Of a stretch of DNA of 64,000 nt, positions 58,359 through 64,000 are shown in pieces (position 1 is the stretch's first letter; each line of letters begins with the position of its first letter). A program made the position numbers and the translations under genes. The notes under the pieces are model-generated. The model saw nothing but the letters and a program-made list of their open reading frames with translations, searched no databases and had not been told where the DNA came from. Location: positions 186,001-250,000 of the IMG/VR virus record IMGVR_UViG_3300027771_001853; one strand, written 5' to 3'.

Positions 58359-60092
58359 TTATTTTAGTCCTCCGAATAACCATAAATATTCTTTAGGGTT
58401 GTTTGGGTCCATATTGACAGGTCTCCCTGAAACTGTATGTGGACTCCATACCGGTTTATTACCTCTGGTTGGTTCTTCTCTTGCTACATCGGTGGTAACC
58501 CAACTATCTAACATTGCTTTAGCCTGGTTTGTGTTCCTTTCTAGTTCAGCGAAAGAATTTTGGGCTACGTATAATGCCATAGCAATTGCCATAATTAAGT
58601 CATCGTGGTGTCCTTTCATATGGTCTGGACGACCATTTAAATAAACAAATGTTTTAAACTCATTAATTAACCTATGTGACCTAACAATAAAACCTGTCCT
58701 TAATTGTTCTTCTAGAGCTTGTATTATTTGTGCTCTTTTACTGTTAAAGTTAATCCCGGGACATTTATCCTCTTGGTTTGGGTTGAACTTCCAAATGTCG
58801 TTAGATTTTACATTATCATAATATAAATTTTTGTATCCTAGTTCTATTAATTTTCTAGACGTTGACACTCCCATACCACCGGTAATGTCTACCACAATAA
58901 AACACTTATATTTTATAGCCCATTTATTTGCTAATTCAGCCGCTATATCTGGTGGGATTTTCCCTAAGTATTCTAATACTTGTTCCCTATCATCAAAATC
59001 TATAATAGTAAAAGATGTAAAATCGTCACTATCCCCTCTGGAAACATCAATCCCCATAATGTAACGATGACCTTCTTTTGGTGGTTTCCAAACCCATAGA
59101 GTATTACCTACCCATATCTCTAGTGGGTCACACACGTCTTTCATTAAGTCAGCTATAGTGTCTGAAGGTATAACATTATCACCCGAACCTAAAAATGCAC
59201 ATTCTAGTTCTTGTGATATTTTTCTTCTGTCAAACTTTAATTTTTTACACATTTTTTCAAACCAATCAGTAAATGGTTTGTAACCTAACTGTAATAATTC
59301 ATCAGCCCTATCTAACGAGTTTTCTAATATTTCTTCATCTTTATACTCATCTCTATTTAATAGGAAATGTGTAATATCTTTAGTTTTTACCCACCTTAAT
59401 CCTTTATTAAATCTAGGGTCACGAAACCACGTTAAACTACTAATTTTAAATTGGTTTAGTCCTCTAATGGATTGGTCATATATCTCATAATAAATCCTGT
59501 CGAATCCGTTCGGTGTGGATATCACCACAACCTTACCCCCTGTAGCTAAAGATGCCATACACGCTGCCCATAAATCATCACCGGACTCTATGTAAGCCGC
59601 CTCATCAAATATTAACATAGTGGGCGTGTAACCCCTCAACGCATCCACAGATGTTGCTACAGCTTTTACTTCTGAATCATTATTTAATTTATAATGTTTT
59701 TGAGTGTCTTTGTCTTTAGAAAACCCAACATTTATCCAATCGGGCCACTGACGTAAAAATCCTTTTATTTTACTAGCCATCTCTACTGCCGTATCTAATT
59801 TATTAGCTAATATAAGTATTTTTTCTGGTTTTTCTTTTGATGCGAATTGTAGTGTTTTAGATATCCAAGCTGATGTAGCGGTAGACACTCCTGCCTGACG
59901 ATACTTTAAAACTATATTATCATTATAGTTTTCATAGTCATGAATCATCTCTACTTGTTCGGGAAATAATTTAAATGGGACGTACTTACTCTGAGTATTA
60001 TCATAAGTTTCCAAATATGTTCTTAGAGCATAATCGGTGTCTTTATAACACTTAGCGTATTCTTTTATATATTCTTGTCTATTCATAGCCAT
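58359..60092 (-). CDS. Terminase large subunit (T4 gp17-like)
   Basis: LKYRQAGVST, LIFDEAA, ISTPNG, QELEC.F, GIDVSRG, HDDLIMA. Confidence 0.95.
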   Translation of the reverse strand: MAMNRQEYIKEYAKCYKDTDYALRTYLETYDNTQSKYVPFKLFPEQVEMIHDYENYNDNIVLKYRQAGVSTATSAWISKTLQFASKEKPEKILILANKLDTAVEMASKIKGFLRQWPDWINVGFSKDKDTQKHYKLNNDSEVKAVATSVDALRGYTPTMLIFDEAAYIESGDDLWAACMASLATGGKVVVISTPNGFDRIYYEIYDQSIRGLNQFKISSLTWFRDPRFNKGLRWVKTKDITHFLLNRDEYKDEEILENSLDRADELLQLGYKPFTDWFEKMCKKLKFDRRKISQELECAFLGSGDNVIPSDTIADLMKDVCDPLEIWVGNTLWVWKPPKEGHRYIMGIDVSRGDSDDFTSFTIIDFDDREQVLEYLGKIPPDIAAELANKWAIKYKCFIVVDITGGMGVSTSRKLIELGYKNLYYDNVKSNDIWKFNPNQEDKCPGINFNSKRAQIIQALEEQLRTGFIVRSHRLINEFKTFVYLNGRPDHMKGHHDDLIMAIAMALYVAQNSFAELERNTNQAKAMLDSWVTTDVAREEPTRGNKPVWSPHTVSGRPVNMDPNNPKEYLWLFGGLK

Positions 60093-60132
60093 ATATAATA
60101 AATATCGACAAAATTATTCTAAGAGTACAATT

Positions 60133-62439
60133 CTATTGGCTCTGTAAGAAATTTAATTCATCTGGTGATAATGAGCCCATACCTTGATTAAATATTTTAT
60201 CAAGAATGACATTCATGTCTAGGTCAGATGGTATATCCCCACTTGGTTTAGTTTGTTTTGGTTTTGCTTGTGGTCTTGGTGTTGGTGGTGTTGGTTCTTC
60301 TTGACTTACACTTTCATCATAGTCATCTTCTTGTAAATCTTTAATTATAGATTTTACAATCTTTTGAAGTTCCATTTTACCTTCATCACTCCCCGATAAA
60401 ATTTGTTTTGCTAAATCAAAAAACTCTTCTGGTTCCATCCTTGTGAATTCACTAAAAAGATAATTTTGTATCTCTGTCTTATCTTCATCCATAAGTTCTT
60501 CTGGGTAAGCTGCTCTAAATTTTGACCAAATTACTGGACCTAATCTTAAGTCCCATATTTCTGCTGGTAGGGTATCAGTTGCCTTCATAACCATTTCGGC
60601 CTTTTTAGGGTCACTAGGAAGTCCTTGTGAAGCTAATAATTCCATCACACCTTTTATTAATTCATGTACTAATACTGGGAATGTTATCCCTACTGCTCTT
60701 ATTGTCGGTGGGTCTGTTTCTATATCTATCTCTTCTTTTCCAGCTGCAGATTCTTCACCTTGTCCCATCATTTGTGCTGTCTCGTCCGACATAATCCAAT
60801 ATACCAAATCATTAACTGACATCATAACACCATATAGGTCTAATAACTCTGGGTTTATAGCGTTTATCTTTTCTGGTATCATGTGGTATAGGTAGTGACC
60901 TTTCTTAGCTGAACCTTGTATTAAAGAATTTATAAATCTTCTCTTTTCTTTTTCAGCGTCAAACATCTCAAATGTACCAAATAATTCTTCTTCACTACTC
61001 ATCTCTTCTTCTGATGGTTCCTCCTCTTCTCCTTTTTGCATTCCTGACATATCCACTTCACCCATACCAACAATCTTAGCGTCAAATTGTACAGCGTCAT
61101 CAGGTAGTGACATATATTCTTTTACCAATTCTACAGCTAAAGTCTCCAATTGTTCTTTATTTTGTGATTCTATCTGTAATATTTTCATAGTGGAACTTCG
61201 TAACATCATCTGTAGTTGCATAAACTCGTTTTGAGTTACTTGACCCAAACCAGTATATTTTTTAACATTATCCACAACCTCTTTAAATCTTTCAGAAGCT
61301 ACTAACTCTTCAAAATTATCTGGAATACCATCAGCGTCTACATCTGGAAAAGCTGGATTATCCCCTAAAGGGAAATCTTGTGAACCTATTTTTTGTTCAA
61401 TATCCGATGCCATCCTTTCTGGGTTATCACCATAATCAATTGGTGGTGCTTCCAATAACTGGGATTTAGTGTATTCTGGTAAAGCTTTAGGTTTTGGTTT
61501 AACCCCTGGATGTGGTTTATATGGTGTACCCCTTCTTTTAGGTGGGGATTTTGTCCCAGGTTTAGTTGGTGCTATAGTTGGTGATTCTGTCTCACTGGGA
61601 GCTTCCTGACCACCCGAGAATATAGATTCAAAATCTAACCAATCAGGTAAACCAGTTTCTTTTTCTGTTTGTACGTCCTCTACACCAACAACTTCTGTCT
61701 CATTAATTGTTCTTATTAATTCAGATTTTGTCATAGCAGGTCTAGAATTTTTTTGTACAATTTCTTTTATCCAAGTCTCTACTAACTTAGGGTTAGTATT
61801 TTTTATATTTTCATCTTGTTCTACTTTTTCAGGTAGAGTCCCAAAATCTTCCGTATCATCAGAAAATTCTTTAGCGTATTTTTTCCATTTTTTACCTTCT
61901 TTACCTTTTTCATTCGCTTTAGCGTAAAAATATCTTGCTTGTGCTTTTGATGCGAATTTTTCTATTAGGTGTTGTTTTGTCACCCCTTCAAACATACCCA
62001 TACCGTCATCGTCATCTTTTGGGTTCCCAAACCCATCGTCAGTGTCTGGACCTACCTGGTGTGGGTCTTGTGTTACCTCACCTTTTCCTGGGTGTATAGT
62101 GTCTTCATCGTACCCCTCATCTAAGTCGTTCTCATCTATAACATCTTTTTCACCGTTAACGTCTTTCTTTAATTTTTTACCGTCTACTGAAGCATCTGGA
62201 AAATCTTCATTTACCTCTAACTCTTGTTCTTTTTTTGATATGTCACCGTATGCTTTTGATAGGTCTGCGTAATCTTTCGCTATATCAGCTGAGGTCTTAT
62301 CCTCTTCTTTAACCACCATACTATGTAACATATTCATGCCACTTTCATTAAGTTTACTTAAAAAAGGTATAGACATACCCTTACTAAGTAATTTTTTAAT
62401 TTTTATTCTATTTTGTTTTGTGTTCGAGATTTTTGGCAT
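60133..62439 (-). CDS. Large hypothetical protein (possible internal head protein)
   Basis: 768 aa; acidic N-terminal half with FASKAQARYFY motif; FPVLVHELIKG. Confidence 0.7.
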   Translation of the reverse strand: MPKISNTKQNRIKIKKLLSKGMSIPFLSKLNESGMNMLHSMVVKEEDKTSADIAKDYADLSKAYGDISKKEQELEVNEDFPDASVDGKKLKKDVNGEKDVIDENDLDEGYDEDTIHPGKGEVTQDPHQVGPDTDDGFGNPKDDDDGMGMFEGVTKQHLIEKFASKAQARYFYAKANEKGKEGKKWKKYAKEFSDDTEDFGTLPEKVEQDENIKNTNPKLVETWIKEIVQKNSRPAMTKSELIRTINETEVVGVEDVQTEKETGLPDWLDFESIFSGGQEAPSETESPTIAPTKPGTKSPPKRRGTPYKPHPGVKPKPKALPEYTKSQLLEAPPIDYGDNPERMASDIEQKIGSQDFPLGDNPAFPDVDADGIPDNFEELVASERFKEVVDNVKKYTGLGQVTQNEFMQLQMMLRSSTMKILQIESQNKEQLETLAVELVKEYMSLPDDAVQFDAKIVGMGEVDMSGMQKGEEEEPSEEEMSSEEELFGTFEMFDAEKEKRRFINSLIQGSAKKGHYLYHMIPEKINAINPELLDLYGVMMSVNDLVYWIMSDETAQMMGQGEESAAGKEEIDIETDPPTIRAVGITFPVLVHELIKGVMELLASQGLPSDPKKAEMVMKATDTLPAEIWDLRLGPVIWSKFRAAYPEELMDEDKTEIQNYLFSEFTRMEPEEFFDLAKQILSGSDEGKMELQKIVKSIIKDLQEDDYDESVSQEEPTPPTPRPQAKPKQTKPSGDIPSDLDMNVILDKIFNQGMGSLSPDELNFLQSQ

Positions 62440-62812
62440 AATTTAAAATTAAATCTTTTGTATATAGTTTATCTTCAACCGACTTCAAGTCTTCCCCGAA
62501 GGAAAATACAGCTCTTGAGTCTGTAATATTTTCATCATCGTATATCTCCCAACATAGAGAGATAACGTTATCTACAGCGTCACACATACCAAAATAATCC
62601 GAGTTTTGGATTAATTCAAATTGTATATCACTATCATACAGTGTACCTACTTTTGTAATAACTTCTAATTGTGGGGGTGTCGGACTACCTTGTGCTGGTG
62701 TTTTGTCCCAATCTTCTCCCCAAATATCAGCTACATCATCTGAGAAGATAAATTCGTACACATTTTGCCCTTTGTAGTTGGGTCCTAGTTCATTTACATA
62801 GACAAGGAACAT
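62408..62812 (-). CDS. Hypothetical phage protein
   Basis: 134-aa ORF in operon. Confidence 0.7.
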   Translation of the reverse strand: MFLVYVNELGPNYKGQNVYEFIFSDDVADIWGEDWDKTPAQGSPTPPQLEVITKVGTLYDSDIQFELIQNSDYFGMCDAVDNVISLCWEIYDDENITDSRAVFSFGEDLKSVEDKLYTKDLILNYAKNLEHKTK

Positions 62813-62826
62813 GATTGATTAATTTA

Positions 62827-63999
62827 TTAAGATTTTAAACCTTTTCTACTAATCTCTGTAACCTTACCATTACTGTTAAACACTAAAGAACCTTTAGTAT
62901 TTTTACCAACTACTTCAATGTTGTCATTTTCAGTTAAGAATTTTCTACTAGCTGATTCTTGTTCAATAGTTTCGGTATGTTCCAAGATAGAAGTTATCTT
63001 TCTTGCTTTGGTTAACTTAGAGTCTAAAAAGTTGTTTCTTTTTTGTTTATTATTTGCTTTTTCTTCTTTACTAACTTTAAAGTAATTGTTAATCACACTA
63101 CTTACTTTATCGTAACCTTCAGCAAGTTCTTCCCCGTCTGTTGGTTGGAATATGTTAGCTAATTCATCATCACTGAAATCCATTTTAGTTCCTGATTTTT
63201 TAAAACTTCTTAGTGTTTTTTCTAAAGCTTTTTCTCCGGCCCAACCACCTATTGCTGCTCCTGCTGCACCCATCATAGCTGGGATGTTTTCGTCTAAATC
63301 CAAATCACCACCATCGTCTCCCATATCAAAATCCATTTCCATTTCTTCGTCGTCTCCCATATCAAATTCTTCTTCACCACTAGACTCCATATCACCCATG
63401 TCATCTAAATCATCATATTCAGAATCAGTCTCTTCAAATTTTTCTACAATCTCTTCTCTATCTTCAGAATCTAGATTATCTAAATTAACAGCGGAAATAA
63501 CCGAATTTAACACATATTTTATCGTTTCAGAATCTAATGCACCTTGACCATCAGCTTTACGTAATTTTTGACCCAATTTACCAGTTAGTTTTTGGATACT
63601 TTTAACAGCGTCTTCTTCTTCAGCACCATCACCACCTTCAACATCAATGTCCATATCCATTTCCATTTCTTCATCATCACCTTCATCACCACCTTCAACA
63701 TCCATATCCATATCCATCTCTTCACCTTCAATACCCATATCGTCACTACCCATATCCATATCGAAATCCATATCTTCTTCTACTTCAGGTTCTGGTGTTG
63801 GTAAGTCTATTTTTAGTACTTTTTTTTGTTCCTCTATAACCCCGTAATTGTTAGCCTCATTAATCGACTTCATTTTGAAGTTTAGTCTTTTTAATGCTGT
63901 AGAATAAGAAGTAAAAGTTTCGTTTCTATTTGCTGACCCTAATTGCCCATCAATATGTGAAAGGTTATTTTCGTCTTTACCAGATTTTATGAAATACTG
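62827..63999 (-). CDS. Partial acidic hypothetical protein (starts beyond right edge)
   Basis: Frame is open upstream of 63873 to the window end (QYFIKSGK...YSTALKRLNFKMKSINE). Confidence 0.75.
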   Translation of the reverse strand, partial: QYFIKSGKDENNLSHIDGQLGSANRNETFTSYSTALKRLNFKMKSINEANNYGVIEEQKKVLKIDLPTPEPEVEEDMDFDMDMGSDDMGIEGEEMDMDMDVEGGDEGDDEEMEMDMDIDVEGGDGAEEEDAVKSIQKLTGKLGQKLRKADGQGALDSETIKYVLNSVISAVNLDNLDSEDREEIVEKFEETDSEYDDLDDMGDMESSGEEEFDMGDDEEMEMDFDMGDDGGDLDLDENIPAMMGAAGAAIGGWAGEKALEKTLRSFKKSGTKMDFSDDELANIFQPTDGEELAEGYDKVSSVINNYFKVSKEEKANNKQKRNNFLDSKLTKARKITSILEHTETIEQESASRKFLTENDNIEVVGKNTKGSLVFNSNGKVTEISRKGLKS

Positions 64000-64000
64000 T

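Larger units (their letters stand above)
1557..60104. promoter_or_regulatory. Dispersed putative late-promoter motif TATTTAT(A) (10 sites)
   Basis: Minus-strand sites at 1557, 15991, 17241, 22164, 26364, 54141, 54947, 56207, 60098; plus-strand site at 17265; all 5-40 nt upstream of a start codon. Confidence 0.7.

Noticed and set aside
1-64000. Stop-codon recoding as seen in some large phages
   Set aside because: Full-length genes and high coding density under code 11; TAG, TAA and TGA all end genes at sensible places
1-64000. tRNA, rRNA, introns, inteins, IS elements
   Set aside because: Intergenic gaps are all short (about 110 bp or less) with no recognisable cloverleaf; terminase, portal and MCP show no intein motifs; no transposase ORF seen

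Overview
This window is a gene-dense, AT-rich segment of a large T4-like tailed phage in the standard genetic code, with almost all genes on the minus strand. Promoter shape, the lack of Shine-Dalgarno sequences and a DUF4494-like gene point to a Bacteroidota host. In transcription order (right to left) it contains five blocks. (1) A head module: terminase gp17, portal gp20, prohead protease gp21, scaffold and major capsid protein gp23. (2) A ~23.5 kb glycan island directly downstream of the capsid gene: about 12 glycosyltransferases (including GT10, GT11 and NodZ/O-FucT-like enzymes), two gmd, fcl/colC, a ColD-type dehydratase, two sulfotransferases, an amidotransferase, a methyltransferase and a cupin, plus dUTPase and PhoH. 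(3) A gp55-like sigma factor and baseplate genes. (4) An inverted five-gene cassette with a WYL protein. (5) Four Cys/Thr-rich putative virion proteins, three with poly-Thr linkers, including a 4512-aa modular giant. The main hypothesis is a phage-encoded virion glycosylation system: mucin-like poly-Thr linkers and a recurrent [S/T]-G-x-T motif in exposed structural proteins, next to fucose/colitose/sulfate glycan machinery. Also notable are a late-promoter motif (TATTTAT) that is the reverse complement of the T4 consensus, T4-like (L/I)-x-E leaders on non-structural enzymes, and two apparently catalytically dead nucleic-acid enzymes. All family calls come from motifs recognised by eye; no searches were run.
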